Both the position numbers and the translations under genes were made by a program. The notes under the pieces were generated by a model. That model was not told the origin of the DNA. It was given only the letters and a program-made list of their open reading frames with translations, and searched no databases. Below, piece after piece: positions 10,425 through 19,503 of a stretch of 64,000 nt of DNA; the stretch's first letter is position 1, and each line of letters starts with the position of its first letter. Where the stretch lies: positions 153,619 to 217,618 of the forward strand of contig JBAYHL010000001.1 of NCBI GenBank assembly GCA_041666185.1, in the 5' to 3' direction. The DNA is from Patescibacteria group bacterium. GTDB lineage: Bacteria > Patescibacteriota > UBA1384 > UBA12157 > JAENIV01.

Positions 10425-10730
10425 TTACCTCACATAGGAAAACCTGAACCACCAATAACGTATCTTGGTTAGCGTATCGGTTGGTAAGGGCTCATATATT
10501 TTGTCTATCTGGTCAGCTACCCTGACCAATTCTTCTTCGCTAAAAGTTTGCTTGATTATCTTTCTTCTCTCGCAATCAGAAATTGTTCCTAAACCTCTTA
10601 TTGGCCACCCAGAAACCAACGAGGGTGCCCTTTTATCAACCTTTAATTCGCGACACAGTTTTTTTGCAATCATAATACCTTGATAAAAAGTAAGTGAACT
10701 AAGCAGTCTATAGCCATAGATCGGTTTCAT
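10425..10730 (-). CDS. Hypothetical protein, cassette gene B2 (101 aa, MKPIY...KQTFSEEELVRV...)
   Basis: Paralog of the 11036-11335 product. Its ATG directly abuts the TAG stop of the upstream 84 aa gene. Confidence 0.65.
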   Translation of the reverse strand: MKPIYGYRLLSSLTFYQGIMIAKKLCRELKVDKRAPSLVSGWPIRGLGTISDCERRKIIKQTFSEEELVRVADQIDKIYEPLPTDTLTKIRYWWFRFSYVR

Positions 10731-10985
10731 CTACTTACCTTCTACCAAAAAGGTCAAATCTTCTGCCAAGCTTTCTTTTTGTTCAGGACAAAGAGAACCA
10801 ACTGATATTTCTCTGCCTTGCAAGGAAGCCTCAAATTGACAATGCTTAGTGATTGCAGCAATAACATCAATACCTTTTTTAACCTTCTTCTGCCATTCTT
10901 CAGGAGAAACAACCGGAACTTCTATCTCCTCGGTCGTTCTTTCTTCAACTGTATCCAAAGCCTTCTGTTCCTTAACTGCTTCCAT
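10731..10985 (-). CDS. Hypothetical small protein, cassette gene A2 (84 aa)
   Basis: Paralog of the 11337-11528 product, with conserved H..FE..LQG...S....C..QKESL...L.....GK. Preceded by an AAGGGAGG Shine-Dalgarno sequence. Confidence 0.65.
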   Translation of the reverse strand: MEAVKEQKALDTVEERTTEEIEVPVVSPEEWQKKVKKGIDVIAAITKHCQFEASLQGREISVGSLCPEQKESLAEDLTFLVEGK

Positions 10986-11035
10986 TTAGGTTACCTCCCT
11001 TTTTGCTGTTCATGTTTGCCCAAGTTGTCAAACTG

Positions 11036-11335
11036 CTAACAATTAAGAAGAAACTTCTTAACCCGATAGTTTAGTTTTGCAAAAAAACCTTTTGTTGGCA
11101 CAGGTTTATACATCTCCTGCATCAGATCAACGGCTCTGACAAGCTCCTCTTCCGAAAAAGTTTTCTTAATTAAATCTTCCATTTCTAAGCCATAAGGCGA
11201 AGCATGTACCATGAAAGCTAAGGGCAAAAATCTTTGTTCAACTGATAATTCGTTATACACTCGCTGAGCAGCCGAACATCCATAAATCATAATTGAGTCA
11301 GCAAGTAACCTGTTATTCGAATAAATCGGTTTCAT
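11036..11335 (-). CDS. Hypothetical protein, cassette gene B1 (99 aa, MKPIY...KKTFSEEELVRA...)
   Basis: A GGGAGG Shine-Dalgarno sequence is embedded in the end of the upstream gene. The ATG is 1 nt after the upstream TGA. Confidence 0.65.
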   Translation of the reverse strand: MKPIYSNNRLLADSIMIYGCSAAQRVYNELSVEQRFLPLAFMVHASPYGLEMEDLIKKTFSEEELVRAVDLMQEMYKPVPTKGFFAKLNYRVKKFLLNC

Positions 11336-11336
11336 C

Positions 11337-11528
11337 TCACTTACCTCCCATCACATAATCAAGATCGCTCACTAAACTCTCTTTTTGATCCAAACAAAAA
11401 GTTTTTACACTTAAAGTTTTGCCTTGAAGTTTACTTTCAAATCGAATGTGCTGGGCTATAGTCGCAATTATCTGAACCCCTAACTCAACCTTACGCTGCC
11501 GTTCTTCCCGTGAATCAACCTGTTGCAA
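11337..11528 (-). CDS. Hypothetical small protein, cassette gene A1 (63 aa)
   Basis: TTG start preceded by a strong GAGGAGG Shine-Dalgarno sequence. Paralogous to A2. Confidence 0.6.
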   Translation of the reverse strand: MQQVDSREERQRKVELGVQIIATIAQHIRFESKLQGKTLSVKTFCLDQKESLVSDLDYVMGGK

Positions 11529-11594
11529 TTTACTCCACCTCCTCAGGTTTTCTTGATTACCGTCATTATTTTAAAATAATACTCCAAAACAATT

Positions 11595-11625
11595 AAAAAA
11601 TCAAGCCCGAAAGCCTGATTTTTAC
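11595..11625. terminator. Bidirectional hairpin terminator between lysK and the cassette
   Basis: AAAAAATCAAGC-ccgaaa-GCCTGATTTTT. An A-run and a T-run flank an ~11 bp stem. Confidence 0.55.
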
Positions 11626-11648
11626 ACTTTTTTAGTAAATATGAAGAA

Positions 11649-13232
11649 TTATTCTTGAGCCTCTTCCAATCTTTCTAAAACAAACTCTTTGTCTAAACTT
11701 GCCAAAAGCCAGCCAGCTTGAGGACCAGAGTCTTTTCCTAAAAACGTTAAATATATACTAGAAAATGCATCACGAGGAACAATTTTCATTTCGTTTTTTA
11801 TATTATGGATTTCTTTATGCAAATCTTCACCAGAAAAGCCTTTTGTTTTTATAGCACCAAAGATTTTTTTCAAAAATTCCTTTTGCTGAGCAGATATTTT
11901 CTTCGCTTCTTCTGGCAACTTTTCTTGAATTGTGAATTTATAATTTTCAGGAGCGAATTTTTCCAGCCATCTTTTAGCAACAATTATTCTATTTTCAATT
12001 TCTTGTTTCTCAACTTCGGTTAACGCTTCGCCTTTTTCAAGTTTTGCATATTCAAAAACATCAACTCTGGGCATTTGAAGCATATAAGCAATCTTTGAAA
12101 ATCGAAGTAAATATTTTGGTTGACCTGCCCTGAGCATAGTCGAAGGGTCTTTCTTTTGATCAATTTCCGTATAGTGAGACGCTCGACTTAAATCTAATTT
12201 TGGATCTTCGGTTAGTGCCATCTGAGCTCTGTCAAATTCATCATAAAGTAACGGGATTGTCTCACCTTCAGGTTGAAAATCAATTGCTCGCTTAAAACGA
12301 GTGCGAACAAATAAAAATCTTAAAATATTACCTGGCAAGAAATCTGCCATATCTTTAGCTGTCACTCCCAAACCTTTCGAGGAAGACATTTTTGCCCCAC
12401 CGATTAAAATGTGTTCGTAACGGATATCGTAAGGAGGAGTTTTTTTGAAAATTTCACGATAAATTTTATCTGCAATATCACGAGAGCCACCAGCAGCAAA
12501 ATGGTCTTTGCCTTCACCTTCAATATCAGTTTTTGTAACATGCCATTTCGAAGGCCATTCCACCTTCCACGGTAATTTACCATTGCCATCAAAAGGAGAA
12601 ATTTTACCTTTATGCCCACAACCCTTAGCCCAAGAAACTAAATTTTCCTCACACGTAAACTCAACTTCTTTTCCATCCCAACCGGTTACTTTAGTAGTAC
12701 CAATCTTGCCGCACTTAGGGCAAATTACTTGAAAAGGATACCAATCATCACCTTTATTTGAACCGGAAATTTCAAGATAAATTTTTCTAATTTCTGTTGC
12801 GCTATCTAAAATAATTTTAATTGAATCGTTAAATACCCCTTCTTTGTAAAGTTTGGAGGTAAAAACTATTTTTGGTTTAATGCCAAGATAACTTAAAACC
12901 TCTTCAAATTCATCCCCATATTGCTTAGCAAAAGTTTCATGAATACCGTCAGGTGCAGGAATATTACACAAGGGTTTACCCATATATTGTAACCAACTTT
13001 CATCTAAATAGCTTGGTAAGCCGTCCATTGGATCAAAATCATCAAAACCCCATTGAAATTCAGCAATTTTACCATTTTCGACTAAGCCTCGTCTTACTAA
13101 ATCGTGAACAATTACTCCACGAAGAGAACCCACATGAGCGTGGCCAGAGGTTGTCATCCAATCCGTTACCAGATAAGAATCTTTTGGAATTTTTTTAATA
13201 ATATCTTCGACTATTTCATCTACCCAAAACAT
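11649..13232 (-). CDS. lysK: Lysyl-tRNA synthetase, class I (archaeal-type LysRS)
   Basis: HIGH-type motif (TSGHAHVGSLRG), KMSKS variant (KMSSSKG), and zinc-binding cysteines (CPKCGK). Confidence 0.85.
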   Translation of the reverse strand: MFWVDEIVEDIIKKIPKDSYLVTDWMTTSGHAHVGSLRGVIVHDLVRRGLVENGKIAEFQWGFDDFDPMDGLPSYLDESWLQYMGKPLCNIPAPDGIHETFAKQYGDEFEEVLSYLGIKPKIVFTSKLYKEGVFNDSIKIILDSATEIRKIYLEISGSNKGDDWYPFQVICPKCGKIGTTKVTGWDGKEVEFTCEENLVSWAKGCGHKGKISPFDGNGKLPWKVEWPSKWHVTKTDIEGEGKDHFAAGGSRDIADKIYREIFKKTPPYDIRYEHILIGGAKMSSSKGLGVTAKDMADFLPGNILRFLFVRTRFKRAIDFQPEGETIPLLYDEFDRAQMALTEDPKLDLSRASHYTEIDQKKDPSTMLRAGQPKYLLRFSKIAYMLQMPRVDVFEYAKLEKGEALTEVEKQEIENRIIVAKRWLEKFAPENYKFTIQEKLPEEAKKISAQQKEFLKKIFGAIKTKGFSGEDLHKEIHNIKNEMKIVPRDAFSSIYLTFLGKDSGPQAGWLLASLDKEFVLERLEEAQE

Positions 13233-13320
13233 AAGTCTCCTTAGATAGCCAAGATAATCAAGTTAATTAAGATGATCTGTTAACTTAACCATTCGATTAT
13301 CTCAGTTATCCACATTCACC

Positions 13321-13373
13321 ATATCAAAAAAACGATCCCTAATCAATCCTGAAGAAAAGAAATCGTTTTTTTT
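13321..13373 (-). terminator. greA terminator (long-loop hairpin)
   Basis: AAAAAAACGAT...ATCGTTTTTTTT, a 10-11 bp stem with a T-run on the minus transcript. Confidence 0.5.
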
Positions 13374-13386
13374 ATAATGTATTTAG

Positions 13387-13842
13387 TTATTTAACTTCGA
13401 TGATTTCACAGTTCATTTTGCCATTAGGGGTTAGAATTTCAACTTTTTCACCTTTACTTTTATCCATCAATGAATGACCGATAGGCGAGTCAACAGAAAT
13501 TCTACCACTTGCTGGATCTGATTCCGAAGCGCCAACAATTGTAAATTCTAAAGTTTCGCCATCTATTTTTAAAGTCACGGTTGTGCCAAGCTCTACTTTA
13601 TCAGTACTATTTCTGACCGTTATCTTGGCACGGCGAATCATTTCCTCTAACTCTAAAATTCTACCTTCAACAAAAGATTGCTCATTTTTAGCATCTTCGT
13701 ATTCACTGTTTTCGCTTAAATCTCCAAATTCACGAGCAGTTTTTATTCTTTCGGAAATCTGTTGCCGACGTGACTTAAGCTTTTGAAGCTCTTGTTTAAT
13801 TTTCTCGTAACCCTGGGCTGTAAGGAGAATCTGATCTTGCAT
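13387..13842 (-). CDS. greA: Transcription elongation factor GreA
   Basis: N-terminal coiled coil plus an FKBP-like C-terminal domain. Full-length match. Confidence 0.93.
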   Translation of the reverse strand: MQDQILLTAQGYEKIKQELQKLKSRRQQISERIKTAREFGDLSENSEYEDAKNEQSFVEGRILELEEMIRRAKITVRNSTDKVELGTTVTLKIDGETLEFTIVGASESDPASGRISVDSPIGHSLMDKSKGEKVEILTPNGKMNCEIIEVK

Positions 13843-13881
13843 AATATCCTTTTTTAAAATTAATTTGATATTTTCTAATCT

Positions 13882-13910
13882 ATTTTAGAATAGTTTTAAA
13901 AAACTGTCAA
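13882..13910 (-). promoter_or_regulatory. Sigma-70-like promoter for greA
   Basis: On the minus strand: TTGACA, a 17 nt spacer, then TAAAAT. Confidence 0.5.
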
Positions 13911-13938
13911 CCCTTGTGCCATCTTATGATAAATTTAG

Positions 13939-15837
13939 CTAACGACTAAAATACCAATTGAGAATATCATACACCACTGGACCGGCAGCTGCATAGCCTT
14001 CGCCTCCTTCTTCGACCAAAGTGACGATCACAATTTGAGGGTCATTATATGGAGCAAAGGCTGTCATCCAAGCATGAGTTTTCCCTTCAACACCAAATTG
14101 GGCTGTTCCTGTCTTAGCGGCTGCCGCTACCGGTAGACTGTTCAAACGTTGGGCAGAACCACCAGTAACCGCTTGACGCATGCCTTCACGAACAACTTGT
14201 AAATTAGCATCATCAATTAGTTTATCTGCTTTTACTTCTTTTTTAAAGTCTTTTACAACTTGGCCATTTTGATCAGTAATTTTAGAAACTATTTGCGGTT
14301 TTAATAGTTCGCCACCATTAACAATCGCTGATGTTGCCACTGCCATTTCTAACGGAGTGATCAAAAAGTCGCCTTGACCAATACCTAAATGATAAGTATC
14401 ACCTAAATACCACATCTCTTTTTTCGTTTTTTCTTTCCACTGCGGACTAGGAACATTACCTTTGGCTTCGCTTGGCAAATCAATACCGGTTTTGTCCTGA
14501 AAACCAAATTTGACTAAATAATCGTCAAGTTTTTCAACTCCTAAGCCTTTGATTTTATCCCAACCACCAGCAATAGAATAGAAAAAAACATTACAACTTT
14601 CAGCAATAGCTTTACGGATATCTACTAAACCATGATTTTTCCAATCAGGATATACCCAACTACCAACTTTAATTTCGCCCGGATCATTAATAGTTGTTCT
14701 TTCAGTAATTATGCCCTCTTGCAAACCAACAGCCGCAACAATTGGCTTAATAATCGAACCGGATGGATAAGTCCCAGAAATTGCTCGATTAAACATTGGT
14801 TTAGAAGGATCACTAATTAATTTCGCATATTCTTCATTAATATCCCGGGAAGTAAAAATATTATTATCGAAAGTCGGATAGCTTACCATGCCTAATATTT
14901 GACCAGTTTTTGGATTAATAGCGATGGCTGACCCACCAGGTGATTCAACAGATTTTACCTCCGCTGACAAAGTTTCCATCATTTTTTCTTCTAATTCAGC
15001 ATCGACACTCAAAGTTAAATTATTACCAGGTAGTGGGCTAGTAGAAGAAAGTTGTCTTTGTTGACGACCGTGGGAGTCAACTTCTATTTCTAACAATCCT
15101 GGATTACCCCTTAAATATTTTTCATAGAACGATTCCAGACCATCTCGACCAATTTCGTAAGAAAGCTTATAGCTAAGGTTTTCTTTCAAATCTTTTTCAG
15201 TAACTTTACTTATATAACCAATTATCGGCCCCAAACCAGCAATAGTCGAATATTCCCGAATTGGTTTTTTAGCAATTATAACTCCTGGCAAATTAATTGT
15301 TTTATATTCCAGAATCATTGCCGTGTCACGATCAATATTTTCTTTTAATATAATTGGTTCATAACTTAAAAAACCTTTTTGCGTTACTTTGTCTTTTATT
15401 TCATCTTCTGGGATTTGAGTGATCGAAGATAATTTTTGATAAATCTCTGCCCGTTCTTCTGTTTTTTTAGGAAAATCTAAAGGATAAATTTCTAAATTAA
15501 AAGAGGCTTTGTTTTGAGCTAAAATTTTTCCACCAGAATCATAAATCAAACCTCGCGGAGCACTAACTTCACGAATTCTAGTACGGTTACCTTCGGCTAA
15601 ATTTTTATTAAAACTACCTTGAGCAATTTGCAATCGTAATAATTGCGCAAGAAGTACTCCAAACGCTAAAAAACAAAAAAGATAAGGAAACCATAAAGAT
15701 TTTTTCTTTTCTTGAAAGATTTCTCCACCAGTAGCATCTTTATCAAAATGCTCATATTCTAAAATATTAGTCCGCAAATTTCTTTGTGTTTTATCACCTG
15801 GTAAATGTTGGTCATCATATAAATCAAAAATTGACAT
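13939..15837 (-). CDS. mrdA: Penicillin-binding protein 2 (elongasome transpeptidase)
   Basis: N-terminal TM. Transpeptidase motifs SIIKP (SxxK) and KTGTA. Sits immediately downstream of mreBCD. Confidence 0.88.
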   Translation of the reverse strand: MSIFDLYDDQHLPGDKTQRNLRTNILEYEHFDKDATGGEIFQEKKKSLWFPYLFCFLAFGVLLAQLLRLQIAQGSFNKNLAEGNRTRIREVSAPRGLIYDSGGKILAQNKASFNLEIYPLDFPKKTEERAEIYQKLSSITQIPEDEIKDKVTQKGFLSYEPIILKENIDRDTAMILEYKTINLPGVIIAKKPIREYSTIAGLGPIIGYISKVTEKDLKENLSYKLSYEIGRDGLESFYEKYLRGNPGLLEIEVDSHGRQQRQLSSTSPLPGNNLTLSVDAELEEKMMETLSAEVKSVESPGGSAIAINPKTGQILGMVSYPTFDNNIFTSRDINEEYAKLISDPSKPMFNRAISGTYPSGSIIKPIVAAVGLQEGIITERTTINDPGEIKVGSWVYPDWKNHGLVDIRKAIAESCNVFFYSIAGGWDKIKGLGVEKLDDYLVKFGFQDKTGIDLPSEAKGNVPSPQWKEKTKKEMWYLGDTYHLGIGQGDFLITPLEMAVATSAIVNGGELLKPQIVSKITDQNGQVVKDFKKEVKADKLIDDANLQVVREGMRQAVTGGSAQRLNSLPVAAAAKTGTAQFGVEGKTHAWMTAFAPYNDPQIVIVTLVEEGGEGYAAAGPVVYDILNWYFSR

Positions 15838-16312
15838 TTTTACTAAATTTAATTTCCTCTTTCTTTATAAATTTATCTAAAAGAAAATAAACCACTAAGC
15901 TCCATAAACTATTTATAACTCCATCTAAAATTATTTGCCAACCAGGAAGCGTATGAGTAATTAAGCAAATCACTAAATCAATAAAAATAAAAATTCCTAA
16001 AATTATAAAAGAAATTAAAATCGGATTAAGGGCTGGTGTATTTTTCAGGATAACAAAATTTAAAAAAAGTAAAATAATAATTAAAATAAAAGTATAAAAA
16101 CCAAAACGAAATGGCGATGTTAAATCCAAAAAGAATCCTCCAAGCACTGCCACAAGAAAACTATCAGATGAAAAACCTCTTAAAAGCAAAACAATACTAA
16201 CAACAAAAATTATATTAGGCACAAAAGAAAAAATAGAAAATTTACTGATCAAAGACAATTGTAAAAGCACTAAAAATAAAATAGCAAAAATTTTAATTAA
16301 ATTTTTCTTCAT
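15824..16312 (-). CDS. mreD: Rod shape-determining protein MreD
   Basis: Polytopic small membrane protein located between mreC and PBP2. Confidence 0.7.
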   Translation of the reverse strand: MKKNLIKIFAILFLVLLQLSLISKFSIFSFVPNIIFVVSIVLLLRGFSSDSFLVAVLGGFFLDLTSPFRFGFYTFILIIILLFLNFVILKNTPALNPILISFIILGIFIFIDLVICLITHTLPGWQIILDGVINSLWSLVVYFLLDKFIKKEEIKFSKNVNF

Positions 16313-17094
16313 TGCTCTACCACAAAGACAAATTCCAAAAAATAAATTTGAATAGGTGACTTAACAGTAACTTTTTGAAATATTTCTCCTTCACGAGAAA
16401 CAATATCGTCAGTGGTTCCTACCATTATTCCCATAGGAATATCACCGCCAAGACCAGAAGTGACTACTTGCTCGCCATTTTTAATAGGAACATTTAATGG
16501 CACATCCTCAATCGCAAGACCGCTCAATCCACCCCTTAATAAACCTGTGCCTCGTGAATCTTGCAAAACAACGGGCACTAATGAATTGTTATCAGTAATA
16601 AGGATCACTTCGGAAGATGTACTAGAAACCGATTTTACCGTTCCAACCAAAAAACCCTGCGAAACAACTGCCTGATTTTGTTTTATACCATCATTTGTTC
16701 CACGATCAATAGTAATTGTCCTTAAATAACCAGACATTGAACGACCAATAATATTTGATGGTATTAACTTTAAATCGCCTTTAGTATTTAAAAAACCCAT
16801 TTCTTTTTTCAAAACTTCATTTTCATGCTGAACTTCCTTTAAAATTGCTAATTGACTTTGGAGTTCTAAGTTTTCTTTAATTAATTTTTGATTTTCATTA
16901 CCCAAAGAACCTAAACTACCAATAGTTTTAAAAAACATCGTTACTTTATCAACAGAGTAGTTAGAAACAATTGAAAACGGTTTCAAAACTTGAAAAAAAA
17001 TATTTCTAGGAGTTGATAGTGCCCCTGTTGGAGCAATAAAAAATCCGATAATCAATAACACAATTGCAATAATTAAAATTCTGAATTTTTTCAT
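16309..17094 (-). CDS. mreC: Rod shape-determining protein MreC
   Basis: N-terminal TM, coiled coil (LKENLELQSQLAILKEV), and a beta-rich C-terminus. Confidence 0.85.
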   Translation of the reverse strand: MKKFRILIIAIVLLIIGFFIAPTGALSTPRNIFFQVLKPFSIVSNYSVDKVTMFFKTIGSLGSLGNENQKLIKENLELQSQLAILKEVQHENEVLKKEMGFLNTKGDLKLIPSNIIGRSMSGYLRTITIDRGTNDGIKQNQAVVSQGFLVGTVKSVSSTSSEVILITDNNSLVPVVLQDSRGTGLLRGGLSGLAIEDVPLNVPIKNGEQVVTSGLGGDIPMGIMVGTTDDIVSREGEIFQKVTVKSPIQIYFLEFVFVVEQ

Positions 17095-17100
17095 ACTTTC

Positions 17101-18150
17101 CTAACGATTAAATTGGGTTGGTAACAAAACACCTTTCAAATTTTCTAAGTCTTCCAAAACTAAACCAGTTCCTCTAACCACGGAGGTCAAAGGATCGTTG
17201 GCAATATGAACCCTTGTTTGAGTTGTCTGTTTTATTAATTGATCGAGACCTTTAAGCAGAGCACCGCCACCACACAAAACAATCCCTTTTTCCATAATAT
17301 CAGCAATTAGCTCAGGAGGTGTTTCTTCCATAGTTACACGAATTGCATCAACAATTTGAGTGACTGATTTTTTCAAAGCCCCTCTTATTTGTTCGGCGTC
17401 AACAGTAATTTCCTTTGGTAATCCAGTTACAAGATCTCTGCCACGCATTGGCATTTGAGCATTTTCCTTAAGTTCTGTTGCTGAGCCAATTGTAACTTTA
17501 ATTTCTTCCGCCGTTCTTTCGCCCAAAAGCAAATTCAACTTATCACGAGCAAAAAGAATAATATCTTGATTCATTTCATCGCCAGCAATCCGAAGACTTC
17601 TTGAAGCAACAATTCCACCCAAGGAAATCACTGCTACTTCCGTTGTTCCACCACCGATGTCTACTACCATATTACCGTTAGCTTCCTGAATTGGTAGTCG
17701 AGCACCAATAGCCGCTGCAACTGGTTCTTCGATCAAAAAAACTTGTCTGGCACCAGCATTTAAAGCTGCTTCCTCAACCGCTCGACGCTCAACTTCTGTT
17801 ACACCATAAGGAATACCGATAACTACTCGTGGGCGAGGAAATAAAGAGAACTTTTCGCGATGAACTTTATCAATAAAATATTTAAGCATTTGTTCAGTAA
17901 CTTCAAAATCTGAAACAACACCATCAACCAAAGGCCTAATAGCAACAATATGAGCGGGGGTTCTGCCAACCATTTTTCTTGCTTCATTGCCAATCGCTAA
18001 AATTTGTTTTGACTTTTGATTAATAGCTACCACCGAAGGCTCATTAATAACAATCCCTTTACCACCAACATAAACTAAAGTGTTAGCTGTTCCTAAGTCA
18101 ATCCCAATATCGTGAGAAAATAATCCCCAAAAACGATCTAAAATTTGCAT
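17101..18150 (-). CDS. mreB: Rod shape-determining actin homolog MreB
   Basis: Phosphate 1 and 2 motifs (GIDLGTANT, DIGGGTTE). Full-length match. Confidence 0.96.
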   Translation of the reverse strand: MQILDRFWGLFSHDIGIDLGTANTLVYVGGKGIVINEPSVVAINQKSKQILAIGNEARKMVGRTPAHIVAIRPLVDGVVSDFEVTEQMLKYFIDKVHREKFSLFPRPRVVIGIPYGVTEVERRAVEEAALNAGARQVFLIEEPVAAAIGARLPIQEANGNMVVDIGGGTTEVAVISLGGIVASRSLRIAGDEMNQDIILFARDKLNLLLGERTAEEIKVTIGSATELKENAQMPMRGRDLVTGLPKEITVDAEQIRGALKKSVTQIVDAIRVTMEETPPELIADIMEKGIVLCGGGALLKGLDQLIKQTTQTRVHIANDPLTSVVRGTGLVLEDLENLKGVLLPTQFNR

Positions 18151-18270
18151 ATACTTTTCATCCCTTTGTTTTTTTTGCCTAAAAAAAGGCGACCTAAATA
18201 AAAGTCCCTCTCCTTACTTGTAACTTAACTGTTTTTTCGAAAATTCACAAGCCTCTACGCGCTCCAAGTC

Positions 18271-18298
18271 TTGACTTTTCCCAGAAAACCATTATAAT
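18271..18298 (+). promoter_or_regulatory. Sigma-70 promoter for csrA
   Basis: TTGACT, a 16 nt spacer, then TATAAT. Lies about 50 nt upstream of the csrA ATG. Confidence 0.6.
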
Positions 18299-18347
18299 TT
18301 AGATGAATTTAAATGCTAATTCAACAACCGAAAAGGAGGTCGTTGAA

Positions 18348-18551
18348 ATGCTTGTCTTAGCGAGAAAAGTCGGCCAGTCCATTGTCATCGGTGAAGGTGA
18401 TAACGAGGCAGAGATACTGGTTATTGAAATTAGGGGCGACCAAATACGACTAGGGATTAATGCCCGAAGAAACATCCCAGTCCACCGCAAGGAACTACTC
18501 GAACAAATCAAGGCAGAAAAAAATGCACAATCAGCCACAACAAATGAATAA
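18348..18551 (+). CDS. csrA: Carbon storage regulator CsrA
   Basis: MLVLARKVGQSIVIGEGDN...IRLGINARRNIPVHRKE matches the CsrA consensus. An AAGGAGG Shine-Dalgarno sequence precedes it. The 15 aa N-terminal extension in the track ORF is unlikely to be translated. Confidence 0.88.
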   Translation: MLVLARKVGQSIVIGEGDNEAEILVIEIRGDQIRLGINARRNIPVHRKELLEQIKAEKNAQSATTNE

Positions 18552-18566
18552 AGTTTTTACCACCCA

Positions 18567-18593
18567 CCGAGTCTATTACGACTCGGTTTTTTT
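18567..18593 (+). terminator. Rho-independent terminator of csrA
   Basis: CCGAGTC-tattac-GACTCGG followed by TTTTTTT. Confidence 0.7.
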
Positions 18594-19503
18594 AATCCGA
18601 CTGTTTTAATCTTTCTTCGTGCTCCTGTAGAGTAGTGGAGAAAACCGCATGACCATCACTTTTATGGAAAAAGAATATGTAACCATTTTTTTCTGGATGC
18701 AAAACTGCCTCAATTGACTTTAATCCCGGATTACAAATTGGCCCAGGAGGTAAACCAAAATTTAAGTAAGTATTATAAGGAGAATCAACGTTTCTATAAT
18801 CCGACAGGGTAATTTTATTCCAACTGCCTTTTGCGTATTGGATTGTCGGATCGGCTTCCAACTTCATATTTTTTTCTAAACGATTTAAATAAACACCAGC
18901 AATCTTGGGTCTATCCTCATCAAATTTTGCTTCACGCTCAATAATTGATGCTAAAATAAGATTATCACGAGACACTTTTAGCTCAACAGTTTTTTTATTA
19001 AAATTGTCCATCAAATTTTTCCGTATTTCTTCTGCATTAGTATCGGGCAAAAATCGATAGGTGTCTGGAAATAAATATCCTTCATCAGCTGAAGCAATTT
19101 GAGTCAAAGCTCCTTTCTCAATCATTTGCTTTTCGGCTAAATATTCATCAATTTGAGTTACGCGCCAACCCTCAGGAATAGTCACAAGATCTTCAGACGT
19201 TTCACCAGATGCTAAAATTCCTAAAATCTCTTTCATACTTTTCGAAGGTGAAAGACTATAAACCCCCACTTGAATTAATTCAGCTTTTAATTTAGCATAT
19301 ACTGAAAAAATTAATGCTGATTTTACAAGTCCTTGATCTTGAAGATTCTGAGCAATTTGATTAGTACTTTGACCAGAACGAACAATGAAATCTCGAGATT
19401 CACCGCTACCTTTACGATTTACTGCCCAATAAAAACAGGTCCCTAACGACAAAACACAAGCCACAAAAACAACGGTAATAATAACAAAAATCTTTTTACA
19501 CAT
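18592..19503 (-). CDS. mltG: Endolytic murein transglycosylase MltG (YceG family)
   Basis: N-terminal TM plus the YceG-like domain. Confidence 0.85.
   Translation of the reverse strand: MCKKIFVIITVVFVACVLSLGTCFYWAVNRKGSGESRDFIVRSGQSTNQIAQNLQDQGLVKSALIFSVYAKLKAELIQVGVYSLSPSKSMKEILGILASGETSEDLVTIPEGWRVTQIDEYLAEKQMIEKGALTQIASADEGYLFPDTYRFLPDTNAEEIRKNLMDNFNKKTVELKVSRDNLILASIIEREAKFDEDRPKIAGVYLNRLEKNMKLEADPTIQYAKGSWNKITLSDYRNVDSPYNTYLNFGLPPGPICNPGLKSIEAVLHPEKNGYIFFFHKSDGHAVFSTTLQEHEERLKQSD

Noticed and set aside
18299-18538. Minus-strand 79-aa ORF opposite csrA
   Set aside because: It is antisense to the strongly supported csrA, which has its own promoter, Shine-Dalgarno sequence and terminator. 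The product is low-complexity.
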